A stretch of DNA of 64,000 nt from an uncultured Candidatus Saccharibacteria bacterium (lineage in GTDB: Bacteria > Patescibacteriota > Minisyncoccia > Phycocordibacterales > UBA2100), in assembly GCA_964434285.1 (NCBI GenBank), contig CAYSUJ010000001.1, forward strand, positions 304,564 to 368,563. The letters are read 5' to 3'. Position 1 is the stretch's first letter. Each line of letters begins with the position of its first letter. Below the pieces are notes generated by a model. The model had not been told where the DNA came from. It did no database searches and saw only the letters and a list, made by a program, of their open reading frames with translations. The position numbers and the translations under genes are program-made. Positions 1 through 9,513 of this stretch are shown here, in pieces.

Positions 1-1532
1 AAACGGCATTCGAGGGCGTCATTTCGTTCACGGTCATGATTGTGGGTGGTGCGCTCTTCGGACTCATCGTCGGCGGCGGTTTTTCGAAAATGATCGGCTG
101 GGCACGCTCCAGCGAGTCTGTATCCATTACGCTAACGCTTGTACTGGCTCACGTCACATTCCTGCTTTCAGAGTACATCTCCCACCACGCGCATATCGGT
201 AACTTCGAGGTCCACCTCTCAGCTATCACCGCAACAACGGTCGCTGCGATGGTCCTCGGTAATTACGGAAAGACAAAAATGCCTCTTCGTGCCGAGGAGT
301 TCGTGGAGAAGTTCTGGGGGCAGATGGCATTTCTTGCAAATTCGATCATCTTTGTCTTGATCGGAATGCTCGCGACGTCGCTTCCCTTTTCCTCCCCGGA
401 ACTTTTTGGACCTATCGTTATCGCCGTTCTCGTTGTCGCAGCGTCGCGCGCACTTTCCATTTATCCCGTCGTCGCGGGGTGGAACGCGTTTGCGCATGAG
501 GCGCGGCATATACCCCGCGCGTGGCAGCATCTGCTCGCGTGGGGATCTCTCCGAGGCGCACTCGCGGTCACTATGGCACTCCTCATTCCTACAACGCTCA
601 CCCTTCCCGAGTGGCAGCACGCTATGCCTATTTCCGAGGCTCTCCTCGCATTCACGACCGGGTGTATTTTCGTAACACTTTTCTTCAAAGCGACGACGAT
701 CGGCCCCTTGATGCATCGTCTTCGTGTCGGTCGCTTGAGTGAGATAGAAACGGCAGAATACGACGAGGCACGAGCGCTCGTGTATGCGCGCGTCCTCGCG
801 CGTCTCGCACGCTTTTTCGAAAAGAAATACATCCCCGAAGCGACATACAATGCCCTCCGGAATCACTACGAGGACCGCTTGCGGGTTTCGAGTGAAGAAT
901 GTGCGCAGGCCGGACGTGATGAAGCACTTGCCGAAGCCGCACTTCGCGTGTGGGTCTTGGGCATCGAGAAGGAGTCCTTAAAAGACCTTCTCCTCCACGG
1001 CGAAGTTTCAGAGCGCGTCTACAAGCGCATTGCGCACAAGCTTACGGTGCGCACCGAAGACGCGGAACGATATCTCAACTCGTCCGATATTCATATCAAC
1101 CACGCCGACGATATCTTTGAAAAAGCGGCGAGCATAGTGCGACGTCTCCTCGGAAGAGAGCCCGCCCCGCATGATCGCCTTGCAGAGGAATATATGTACT
1201 ACCGCGCCCTTGTTATCATCGCACACAAAGTCGAAAAGGAATTGTCTCGAATTAAGAGTGCTCGCTACGAGGGAGTATTCACCAAGACAACTCTCGAGAA
1301 CACCGAAGCAATTTACACAAGATTCAAGGCCGATGCGCGCGAAAAGATGGAGGCGGCTGAGAAGAAGGATCCGCAAACGACACAGGCACTCGCCACGCGC
1401 CTCGCTCATTGCGGCGTCCTCAAGGTGGAGGAGTATGTTCTTGACGACCTGCTCGAGCACGAAATGATCACGCCGAAAGTACGCGTGGCACTTGAAGAAG
1501 AGCTAGCGCGTGAGATCCGCGCACTCGCCTAG
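1..1532 (+). CDS. Na+/H+ antiporter (CPA1 family), 5'-truncated by window edge
   Basis: Multiple TM helices, WGSLRGALAVTMAL motif (GLRGA-like) and a soluble C-terminal tail; frame is open to the window start. Confidence 0.85.
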   Translation, partial: TAFEGVISFTVMIVGGALFGLIVGGGFSKMIGWARSSESVSITLTLVLAHVTFLLSEYISHHAHIGNFEVHLSAITATTVAAMVLGNYGKTKMPLRAEEFVEKFWGQMAFLANSIIFVLIGMLATSLPFSSPELFGPIVIAVLVVAASRALSIYPVVAGWNAFAHEARHIPRAWQHLLAWGSLRGALAVTMALLIPTTLTLPEWQHAMPISEALLAFTTGCIFVTLFFKATTIGPLMHRLRVGRLSEIETAEYDEARALVYARVLARLARFFEKKYIPEATYNALRNHYEDRLRVSSEECAQAGRDEALAEAALRVWVLGIEKESLKDLLLHGEVSERVYKRIAHKLTVRTEDAERYLNSSDIHINHADDIFEKAASIVRRLLGREPAPHDRLAEEYMYYRALVIIAHKVEKELSRIKSARYEGVFTKTTLENTEAIYTRFKADAREKMEAAEKKDPQTTQALATRLAHCGVLKVEEYVLDDLLEHEMITPKVRVALEEELAREIRALA

Positions 1533-1571
1533 AGTGCTTTTCTTTTCCCACTCCTGCGCTAGTATGCGCGT

Positions 1572-1877
1572 ATGAAATCCTTCGAGGTAAAGGGGAAAAT
1601 TTGGCGCTACGAAGACCCTTCCGGGCATACGGGCGGGTGGTTCTTTGTGTACGTCCCCCTTGCACTTTCACGTAAAATCAAAGACGCCACGCGTAATAAA
1701 AAGAAAGTGGGCTTCCAGTTCATCCGCGTCAAAGCAACGCTCGGCGAGACCACTTGGCGAACAGCCCTTTTCCCCACAAAAGACGGACCGTATCTGCTCG
1801 CCATCAAGGCCGATGTCAGGCGAAAGGAGAGTATTGGTGAGGGTGACAGCGTCAGCATCGCGTGTGTACTTGCTTAA
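1572..1877 (+). CDS. DUF1905-like small protein
   Basis: GWFFVYVP...IRVKATLGETTWRTALFP...LLAIKADVRRKE...GDSV pattern; TAGTAT 6 nt upstream of ATG. Confidence 0.7.
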   Translation: MKSFEVKGKIWRYEDPSGHTGGWFFVYVPLALSRKIKDATRNKKKVGFQFIRVKATLGETTWRTALFPTKDGPYLLAIKADVRRKESIGEGDSVSIACVLA

Positions 1878-1932
1878 TGAGCCAATATACGACATAGTGC
1901 TGGCTGTCGTGTTCTAGCAACGGAGGAAATCA

Positions 1933-2214
1933 GTGACGTACTATCACATGACTAACTCAGATGCACCATACATTGGCGACAAAATCCTGCTTCGTAAAAT
2001 TCGCGAGGGATTTGTCCGAAACCCATCGACAGGGAAGATTTACTTCATTCGCGTCGAACATTCAAAGCAGAAAGCGTACCCAGTCCTTGCGAGCGGGATG
2101 GTTTCTCGCGAAGCGCTATCACTTCCAATGGACATGGTCGTAGAGCTGATGAATCCCGCCCGTCTTGGGATTCCCGCTGGTCCTATACCTTTCACGACCC
2201 AAACTACGCCCTAG
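1933..2214 (+). CDS. hypothetical protein
   Basis: GGAGG SD before GTG; followed by a terminator. Confidence 0.5.
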   Translation: MTYYHMTNSDAPYIGDKILLRKIREGFVRNPSTGKIYFIRVEHSKQKAYPVLASGMVSREALSLPMDMVVELMNPARLGIPAGPIPFTTQTTP

Positions 2215-2225
2215 GGCTACGCGCG

Positions 2226-2258
2226 AAAAAAGAACGACCCGGACAACCGGGTCGTTTT
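2226..2258. terminator. bidirectional intrinsic terminator
   Basis: A-tract, AACGACCCGG-acaa-CCGGGTCGTT hairpin, T-tract, between convergent genes. Confidence 0.75.
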
Positions 2259-3498
2259 AGTATGATTTAAGCTGTTTAGCACGCTCATGAAAACGAATGC
2301 GCTCAAGCGCCTTCGCCTCAATCTGTCGAATGCGCTCACGGGTGACGCCGAATTCGCGCCCCACTTCTTCTAGTGTGAAGCAGATGCCCTCGTCGGTGAG
2401 ACCATTGCGCATTTCAAGAATCTTGCGCTCTTTGGGAGAGAGTTCGTCTAGGATCGCGCCCATTTGTTCGGAAAGAATGCGGCGTGAGGCGTCTTGATCC
2501 GGGCTTGAGATGGTTTCGTCGGCAATGAATGAGCCAAGGGTTGAACGCTCGTCGTCATCATCACCAACAGGGCTTTCAAGCGAAACGGTATCTTGGTTGA
2601 TCTTCTGAATCGTGTAAATCTTATCTACCTCCATACCCATTTCTGAAGCGATCTCTTCTGGGAGCGGATCGCGGCCGAGGTGCTGCGAAAGCTCGCGCAC
2701 CTTCTGCTTGTATTTTGCGATGGTTTCCACCATGTGCACCGGAATGCGGATGGTGCGGCTCTGATCAGCGAGCGCACGTGTAATCGCCTGGCGAATCCAC
2801 CAGGTAGCATAGGTTGAGAATTTAAAGCCCTTGGAGTGATCGAATTTGTCGACCGCCTTAAAGAGCCCGAGATTCCCCTCCTGAATGAGGTCGAGGAGGG
2901 TGAGATCGGGGCTGCGGTTTACGTATTTCTTCGCGATAGAAACCACGAGGCGGAGGTTGGAACGCGCAAGGATCGAGCGCGCCTCTTCGTCGCCATCGAG
3001 GATGCGCTGCGCAAGTTCACGCTCCATCGCGGCGTTCAAAAGCGGATACTGACCAATCTCACGCAGATACATCTGCACAGAGTCGTAGCTTGAATCCGAG
3101 CGGCGATGCTGCAGCTTCTTCTTCTCCAAGACTTCCGTCGCAGAGGTGTCCTCAAGCATGTTGCCACCTTCAAGGACGTCGATGCCGGCAGTGCCAAAGC
3201 GCTCATACATCTCTTCAAGAAGAAGCACATTGTCTTCGATGTGCGGAAACTCGCGCAGAATCTCGTCGTAAGTGACATAGCCGCGCTCGCGGCCAAGCGT
3301 GATAAGCCCCTGCATCTTCTGCTCATCTTTTGCGCCTCCGCGCGTAAGCGGCTTCACGTTTTTTGGAGCTGGCTTTTTCGCGCTGCGCGCCGCCGCCTGT
3401 GGCTTCACCTTTTTTGCCACCTTCTTTTTCGGTGCACGAGAAGCTTTGGGCTTTGCCTTCTTCACAGACTTCTTGACTTTTGTGCGCTTTTTTGCCAT
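2257..3498 (-). CDS. rpoD: RNA polymerase primary sigma-70 factor
   Basis: [59 protein letters not shown]; Lys/Ala-rich N-terminal tail. Confidence 0.97.
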   Translation of the reverse strand: MAKKRTKVKKSVKKAKPKASRAPKKKVAKKVKPQAAARSAKKPAPKNVKPLTRGGAKDEQKMQGLITLGRERGYVTYDEILREFPHIEDNVLLLEEMYERFGTAGIDVLEGGNMLEDTSATEVLEKKKLQHRRSDSSYDSVQMYLREIGQYPLLNAAMERELAQRILDGDEEARSILARSNLRLVVSIAKKYVNRSPDLTLLDLIQEGNLGLFKAVDKFDHSKGFKFSTYATWWIRQAITRALADQSRTIRIPVHMVETIAKYKQKVRELSQHLGRDPLPEEIASEMGMEVDKIYTIQKINQDTVSLESPVGDDDDERSTLGSFIADETISSPDQDASRRILSEQMGAILDELSPKERKILEMRNGLTDEGICFTLEEVGREFGVTRERIRQIEAKALERIRFHERAKQLKSY

Positions 3499-3559
3499 GA
3501 GTTAAAAAATATGCAACAGCGACACCGCTGCCTATTCGCAGCGGTTACGTGGTGCTATT

Positions 3560-5254
3560 CTACCCTTCTTTGACGATTTTGGCAATCTGCCCTGTCAATA
3601 ACTTCCCTCGCTCAAGAAGCATCCTTATGTCGTCGCCCCCCGCGGCCTCGGCGCGGCGTAGAGCTTCTGCATTCTCTGCGAGCTCCGCGTCGAGACGCTC
3701 ACGGGTGAGTGTGCGAATAATAAGTGCGATATCACGCGAAAGCGCTTCGCTTTCACCATGCAGACGCTCGGCACCGAAGCGCAGGCTCTCCCGTTCGTTC
3801 TCAGGATGCGCACGCAACTGTGCAAAGCGCTCACTACCGATGGCTTCCTCAAGTTGTGCCGCGAACTTCTGCACATCGAGCCCCGGCTTCGCGAGCGATT
3901 CTTGCCAGAGGAGGAGGCCAAACGCCTGTTTCGCGCGTTCGTTCGTCTTCTTCTCATGCGGCTTGTCTACGGCCGGAGGTGTGAGAGGTGTTGCACGCGC
4001 GAGTTTCGTGCGCGCTTCGGCGATCGCTGCTTCCGAAACGCCCAAGCGCTTCGCGATGAGGCGCTCGTACTGCTCGCGCGCGATCGGACTCTGCACATCA
4101 AGAAGAAACGGGAGGATTGCCGCTTCCACCACTCTCCGAAATGCGTCAGGAGCTTTGGCACGTGCCTCAAGTGCATCGAGAAGAAACGCGATTACATCCT
4201 TCGCTTCGCGAATGCGAACTTTCCATGCCTCTGCCCCTTCCTTGGAAATGAGATCGGCAGGGTCAATTCCCTGTGGCAATTCCACTATCTTCACATTCAT
4301 GCCCTGCTGGAGCGCCGAGCGTGCGGCGCGCGCGGCGGCTTTCAAGCCCGCCTCATCGGCGTCAAGCGCAATGCACAGATTCTCGCTCATACGCTTCAAA
4401 AGTGCGGCGTGCTCGACGGTGAATGCCGTGCCCGATACCGCGACGGTGTTCGTCCAACCAGCTTGATGGGAGAGAATGAGATCAAGCTGACCCTCGACGA
4501 GGAGAGAGAAATCAATCCGCCGAATGCTCTGCTTTGCTCTGTCGAAGCCGTAGAGAATGCGTGATTTATGATACAGCGGCGTCTCAGGTGAATTTAAATA
4601 CTTCGGTGCGTCGGGATGCGCCTTCTCACCGAACGTGCGGCCGCTAAAGGCAACGACGCGCCCCGCGTTGTCTGCAATGGGAAACATCACACGATTACGA
4701 AACTTGTCCGTAAGTCCCCTATCGCCCTTCTTCGCGAGCCCCGCATCCACGATTTCCTTATCGCTGAATTTTTTCGAGCACAAATGATCCGAGAGATCCG
4801 TCCAACCGTCTCCCGCGTAGCCGATGCGAAACGCCGTGATGGTCGGCTTCTCCAACCCACGTCCCACAAGATACTTCTCCGCCTCCGCATTCATCTTCGA
4901 CATATAAAACAATGTCGCCGCTTCCATCGCGGCAAAAAGGCGATCCTTGTCGTCTTCCTTTTCTCCGCGCGTAAACACGAGTTCTACTCCCGCTCGCTCA
5001 GCAAGAATCTTCATCGCACCTTTGAAATCAAGCCCCTCTATCGCTTCTACGAATGAAAAAATGTCACCACCAACGCCGCAGCCGAAGCAGTGATATGTTC
5101 CGCGATCGGGAGAAACGATAAACGACGGCGTGCGCTCCGAGTGGAACGGACACCGCGCCCGCATGTTCTGCCCCGCCCGCTCCAACTTCACATATCCCGA
5201 AACCACATCGACGATGGAGAGACGATCTTTGATTTGCTGGACGGTGTCGGACAT
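3560..5254 (-). CDS. dnaG: DNA primase
   Basis: CPFH..CFGC zinc finger, KYLNSPET, VEGQLD and DADEAG Toprim motifs; start set at MSDTV (TATGCT 6 nt upstream). Confidence 0.96.
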   Translation of the reverse strand: MSDTVQQIKDRLSIVDVVSGYVKLERAGQNMRARCPFHSERTPSFIVSPDRGTYHCFGCGVGGDIFSFVEAIEGLDFKGAMKILAERAGVELVFTRGEKEDDKDRLFAAMEAATLFYMSKMNAEAEKYLVGRGLEKPTITAFRIGYAGDGWTDLSDHLCSKKFSDKEIVDAGLAKKGDRGLTDKFRNRVMFPIADNAGRVVAFSGRTFGEKAHPDAPKYLNSPETPLYHKSRILYGFDRAKQSIRRIDFSLLVEGQLDLILSHQAGWTNTVAVSGTAFTVEHAALLKRMSENLCIALDADEAGLKAAARAARSALQQGMNVKIVELPQGIDPADLISKEGAEAWKVRIREAKDVIAFLLDALEARAKAPDAFRRVVEAAILPFLLDVQSPIAREQYERLIAKRLGVSEAAIAEARTKLARATPLTPPAVDKPHEKKTNERAKQAFGLLLWQESLAKPGLDVQKFAAQLEEAIGSERFAQLRAHPENERESLRFGAERLHGESEALSRDIALIIRTLTRERLDAELAENAEALRRAEAAGGDDIRMLLERGKLLTGQIAKIVKEG

Positions 5255-5337
5255 GCTGTGAGCATACCATTTTGCGTCCATCCGGACATGGATGATAGTA
5301 TGCACTCAGAATTCTTTAGGAAAAGAAAGGGTCGATA

Positions 5338-5628
5338 ATGACGCCAGAAAAAGTTACTCACATCATCGAGATGTACGAACAGCGGCTTCGAGCAAATCAT
5401 ATTGGGAAGAAAAGGATCGATCCAAGGCGCACGTTTGCCTCTCTCTCTAAGAAAGAAATGCTCGAACATGCACACTTTCTCTGCGATGGAGCGAAGGCAC
5501 TCTGCAAAGATCCAGAAAAGCAACGCAAGACCGGGAGCCATTTGACGGCCATTCAGATGTGCCTGAGTTTCGCGGGGTAGTTTACCCTCGCAGAGCTGAT
5601 GGAGCATAATCGTCCGTCCGAAAACTAG
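5338..5628 (+). pseudogene. small hypothetical gene, probably with a premature in-frame TAG at 5578-5580
   Basis: 80-aa ORF whose frame continues FTLAELMEHNRPSEN to a second TAG directly before the terminator. Confidence 0.45.
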
Positions 5629-5630
5629 CA

Positions 5631-5673
5631 AAGAACCGCTCGCCCCTTTCGGGACGAGCGGTTCTTCTCTTTT
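5631..5673 (+). terminator. intrinsic terminator
   Basis: AAGAACCGCTCG...CGAGCGGTTCTT hairpin followed by a T-rich tract. Confidence 0.7.
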
Positions 5674-5688
5674 CCAACTACTACCACG

Positions 5689-5816
5689 AGGGGTGCAAGA
5701 CGGGAGGCAAAAATGTCTCACGAGGGACCCCGCAGCTGGCGAGGATGAGCCTGATTTGCAAGCATGCAAATCAGGTCTGCCCGAGGGAGAGATTTTTGCC
5801 TCCCGCGAGCACCCCT
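5689..5816 (-). repeat. structured dispersed element / candidate ncRNA, copy 1
   Basis: Long terminal inverted repeat and internal hairpin; core CTCACGAG..CCCCGCAGCTGGCGAGGAT..CCCGAGGGAG shared with 46031-46145. Confidence 0.7.
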
Positions 5817-8800
5817 TATCCAACCTTCTCCTCCTCCACCGGCGCCATCGCAGCTTCTGCCGCAGCGAGCTCATTCTGGAGCGCGGTAATCATCTCGTTC
5901 TTCTTGGAGCCTTTGTAGCCGGTTCCAGCCGGGATAAGGCGACCAATGATGACATTCTCCTTAAGACCAACCAGCCTATCCACAGAGCCAGAAACTGCCG
6001 CCTCTGCGAGCTTACGCGGCGTGTTCTGGAAGGAGATTGCCGAGAGGAATGACGCACGCGTGAGCGAGACTTCAGTGATACCGAGGAGCAGCTGTTTGCC
6101 TTTTGCAGGCTCCTTGCCCTCATCCTTCATCACTTTGTTGATGCGCTCGAACTCGAAGTCGGCAACGATTTCGCCTGCGGAGATGCCCGTGTCGCCCGAA
6201 TGCGTGACGGAGATACGGCTAAACATCTGCTTAACGATTATTTCCAAGTGCTTACGCGCAGTAGAGACACCCTGCAGCTCGTAGATGCGCGTAATTTCAG
6301 CGATCACATAATCCTGAGCACGCTCCTTACCTGCGAGCAAGAAGAGTTCATCGAGGTCTGCCGAACCATCCGTGAGGAAGTCGCCCTTCTTTACCGAATC
6401 CCCTGCCTTCACGAGCAGTGTACGAGCTGGAGGAATGCGATATTCGGTATCGCGCTTTGTCGATTTGCCCGTATCTGGCGTGATGATGAGCACCGTTTCC
6501 ATGCCATCCTTCGCGATGTCGGTAATGACGCCGTCGACGCGTGCAATAGCTGCGGGAGACTTCGGCATGCGCGTTTCGAAGACTTCTTCAACGCGCGGGA
6601 GACCCATGGTGATGTCACCGCCTGCTGTCGCCACACCGCCGGTGTGGAACGTACGCATGGTGAGCTGAGTACCCGGTTCACCGATAGCCTGTGCGGCAAC
6701 GACTCCGACAGCTTCCCCAAGATCAATAAGCTGACCGTTGGAGAGGTCAACGCCATAACACTTCTGACAGACACCACGCGCCACCTTACAGGTGATCGGT
6801 GATCGTACGAGTGCCTGCGCAGCGTCCGAAGCTTCGATTGCTCTTGCATCATCACGAGAGAGTAGTGTATTGCGCTTAAAGTTTACACCAGTTGCTTCAA
6901 TCGTCTCAGCGAGGACGCGGCCTGCAAGACGTCCAGCGAACGAATCGCCGAGCTCTTCCTTACCGGGGCGGGCAATGAGAATGCCCTCCTTTGTGCCACA
7001 ATCTTCCTCGAGCACCACAACGTCGTGTGCGACATCGAAGAGACGGCGCGTGAGATACCCTGCGCGTGCCGTGTTCAAGGCGGTGTCGGCGAGACCCTTA
7101 CGCGCACCGTGTGTTGAGGTGAAGTATTCGATTGGTGTGAGACCCTCCTTGAGAGAAGAGAGAATCGGGAATTCAATGACTTCTCCACGCGGGTTCGTGA
7201 TGAGACCCTTCATGCCTGCCATCTGGTGCAGCTGCACAACGGAACCACGAGCGCCAGAGGTGATCATGTTATGCACCGGACCCTTCGGATCCAGTGCTTC
7301 CACAACATGCTTGCGAAGTTCGCCGGATGCCTTTGCCCAGATCTCGATCGTTGCGCGTCGGCGCTCCTCGTCGGTAAGAAGACCGTTTTCGTAGTTTTCT
7401 CGCTCCTTCGCCACAGCTTCCTTCGCTTCGTCGACGAGTCCGTCTTTCATTTCAGGAACGTGGACGTCAGAGATTGACCACGTGATTCCCGCATGTGTTG
7501 CATACTTGAATCCGAAGTTCTTGATCTTGTCGATGATCGCTGGAATGCCGTCGAGCGAGTAGTGCGTCACGAGTTCGTGCACGAGTGCACCCATCTTCTT
7601 GTTCGTGATCTCGTCATTGAAGTACGGGAAGTCGCTCGGGAGTACAGAGTTGAAGAGGAGGCGCCCGACAGATGTCTCGAACGGCTTCCCCTCGAATCGC
7701 GCGTACTTCTTGTTTTCGGTCGGAAGAACCCAAATCTTGGCCCTGAGATCAACTGCACCAAAGTCGTGTGCGGTGATAGCCGCATTCGTCGAAGGATATG
7801 TCGTACCCTCGCCCTTTGAGCCGTCGATCATTCGAGTCATCCAGTAGCACCCAAGCACAATGTCGAGGAGCTTCGAAGCAACAACGACATCGCCCGAACC
7901 CGGCTTCAAGACGTTCTTGTTTGCCGACATGATCTTTGCTGCTTCCATTTGCGACTCTTCAGAGAGTGGCACGTGAATCGCCATCGCATCGCCGTCGAAG
8001 TCTGCGTTGTATGCAGGACAGACAAGCGGGTGGATCTGAAGCGCATTACCTTCGGTGAGCACTGGACGGAATGCCTGAATTGATTGGCGGTGAAGTGTCG
8101 GTGCGCGGTTCAAGAGCACGTGCTTACCCTTAATTGCTTCTTCGAGAATGGGCCAAACTTCCGGTGCCTCGTCTTCGATGAGACGACCCGCGCCACGAAT
8201 ATTGTATGCGTGTTCGCGCTGGAGGAGACCCTGAATCACAAACGGGCGGAACAACTCAAGTGCCATATGCTTCGGCACGCCGCACTCATCGAGCGCGAGG
8301 TGAGGCCCAACGACGATGACGGATCGACCTGAGTAGTCGACGCGCTTACCAAGAAGGTTCTGGCGGAGATACCCGTGCTTGCCCTTCAAGTAATCGGCAA
8401 GCGATTTGAGAGCACGGCGGCGTCCACCAAGAACGCCAAGGACACCTGCGCCACGACGCATGGAGTTGTCCAAAAGCGCGTCCACCGCTTCCTGAAGAAT
8501 ACGCTTTTCGTTGCGGAGGATGACGTCTGGCGCATGGATCGCAAGCAAGCGCTTCAAGCGATTGTTGCGGTTGATGACACGGCGGTAGAGATCGTTAAGA
8601 TCAGACGATGCGTGACGACCACCCTCGAGGGCGACCATCGGACGAAGTGCCGGAGGCACAACGGGAAGACGCGTGAGGAACATCCACTCCGGGCGCACGC
8701 CGGCACGATGCATCGCCTGTGCGAGGGCAAGTCGCTTGCGTACCTTGTCGCGCTCAGCGGCTGGGGCTTTATCATACTCAGCGGAAACATTTTGAATGAA

Positions 8801-9508
8801 TGCTGCAAGATCGAGCTTCTTCAAAATATTGTAGAGTGCCTCAGGACCGATTGCTGCGCGGAACATTGCACCGTATTTAACGGCGAAGAGGTGGTACGCC
8901 GCCTCATCGAGAACAGACCCTTCTACGATCGACTCGATATCCTTCTTTGCTTTTTGCGCGAGATCTTTAAGACGCGTCTTTTCTTCTGCCGTTGCTGACT
9001 TCTGCTTCATTTGGTACTCGTTCTCAAGGTCCTTCAAAAGGCGCGTACGCTCCGTCTCGTCAACCGACGTCACGATGTAGCCCGCAAAGTAGACGACTTT
9101 CTCAACTTCAGCTGAAGACAAACCAAGAAGAAGTGCAATGCGCGACGGAATGCCGCGAAGGAACCAAATGTGCGCGACCGGTGTCGCGAGATCAATGTGC
9201 CCCATGCGCTCACGGCGCACGATAGCGCGAGTAATTTCTACACCACACTTTTCGCAGACGATGCCGCGAAAGCGGATACCGCGGTATTTGCCGCAATAGC
9301 ATTCGTAATCCTTTTCAGGCCCGAAAACGCGCTCATCGAAGAGACCGTTCTTTTCCGGACGCTGTGTTCGGTAGTTGATCGTCTCTGGCTTTGTAATTTC
9401 GCCGTGTGACCATTCCTGGATGCGATCAGGGGAAGCGAGGCGCATTTCAATCGCCTCGAACTCCTGCGGGATCGAATCTTTTGTGCGGCGCTGTGTGTTT
9501 GTGCTCAT
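5816..9508 (-). CDS. rpoC: RNA polymerase beta' subunit
   Basis: [10 protein letters not shown]-terminal zinc ribbon, [34 protein letters not shown]. Confidence 0.99.
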   Translation of the reverse strand: MSTNTQRRTKDSIPQEFEAIEMRLASPDRIQEWSHGEITKPETINYRTQRPEKNGLFDERVFGPEKDYECYCGKYRGIRFRGIVCEKCGVEITRAIVRRERMGHIDLATPVAHIWFLRGIPSRIALLLGLSSAEVEKVVYFAGYIVTSVDETERTRLLKDLENEYQMKQKSATAEEKTRLKDLAQKAKKDIESIVEGSVLDEAAYHLFAVKYGAMFRAAIGPEALYNILKKLDLAAFIQNVSAEYDKAPAAERDKVRKRLALAQAMHRAGVRPEWMFLTRLPVVPPALRPMVALEGGRHASSDLNDLYRRVINRNNRLKRLLAIHAPDVILRNEKRILQEAVDALLDNSMRRGAGVLGVLGGRRRALKSLADYLKGKHGYLRQNLLGKRVDYSGRSVIVVGPHLALDECGVPKHMALELFRPFVIQGLLQREHAYNIRGAGRLIEDEAPEVWPILEEAIKGKHVLLNRAPTLHRQSIQAFRPVLTEGNALQIHPLVCPAYNADFDGDAMAIHVPLSEESQMEAAKIMSANKNVLKPGSGDVVVASKLLDIVLGCYWMTRMIDGSKGEGTTYPSTNAAITAHDFGAVDLRAKIWVLPTENKKYARFEGKPFETSVGRLLFNSVLPSDFPYFNDEITNKKMGALVHELVTHYSLDGIPAIIDKIKNFGFKYATHAGITWSISDVHVPEMKDGLVDEAKEAVAKERENYENGLLTDEERRRATIEIWAKASGELRKHVVEALDPKGPVHNMITSGARGSVVQLHQMAGMKGLITNPRGEVIEFPILSSLKEGLTPIEYFTSTHGARKGLADTALNTARAGYLTRRLFDVAHDVVVLEEDCGTKEGILIARPGKEELGDSFAGRLAGRVLAETIEATGVNFKRNTLLSRDDARAIEASDAAQALVRSPITCKVARGVCQKCYGVDLSNGQLIDLGEAVGVVAAQAIGEPGTQLTMRTFHTGGVATAGGDITMGLPRVEEVFETRMPKSPAAIARVDGVITDIAKDGMETVLIITPDTGKSTKRDTEYRIPPARTLLVKAGDSVKKGDFLTDGSADLDELFLLAGKERAQDYVIAEITRIYELQGVSTARKHLEIIVKQMFSRISVTHSGDTGISAGEIVADFEFERINKVMKDEGKEPAKGKQLLLGITEVSLTRASFLSAISFQNTPRKLAEAAVSGSVDRLVGLKENVIIGRLIPAGTGYKGSKKNEMITALQNELAAAEAAMAPVEEEKVG

Positions 9509-9513
9509 AGGCG

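Noticed and set aside
5689-5816. Assigning the structured element to hammerhead or another known ribozyme class
   Set aside because: The CUGANGA/GAAA core and other diagnostic motifs were not found by eye; left unassigned pending an Rfam search.
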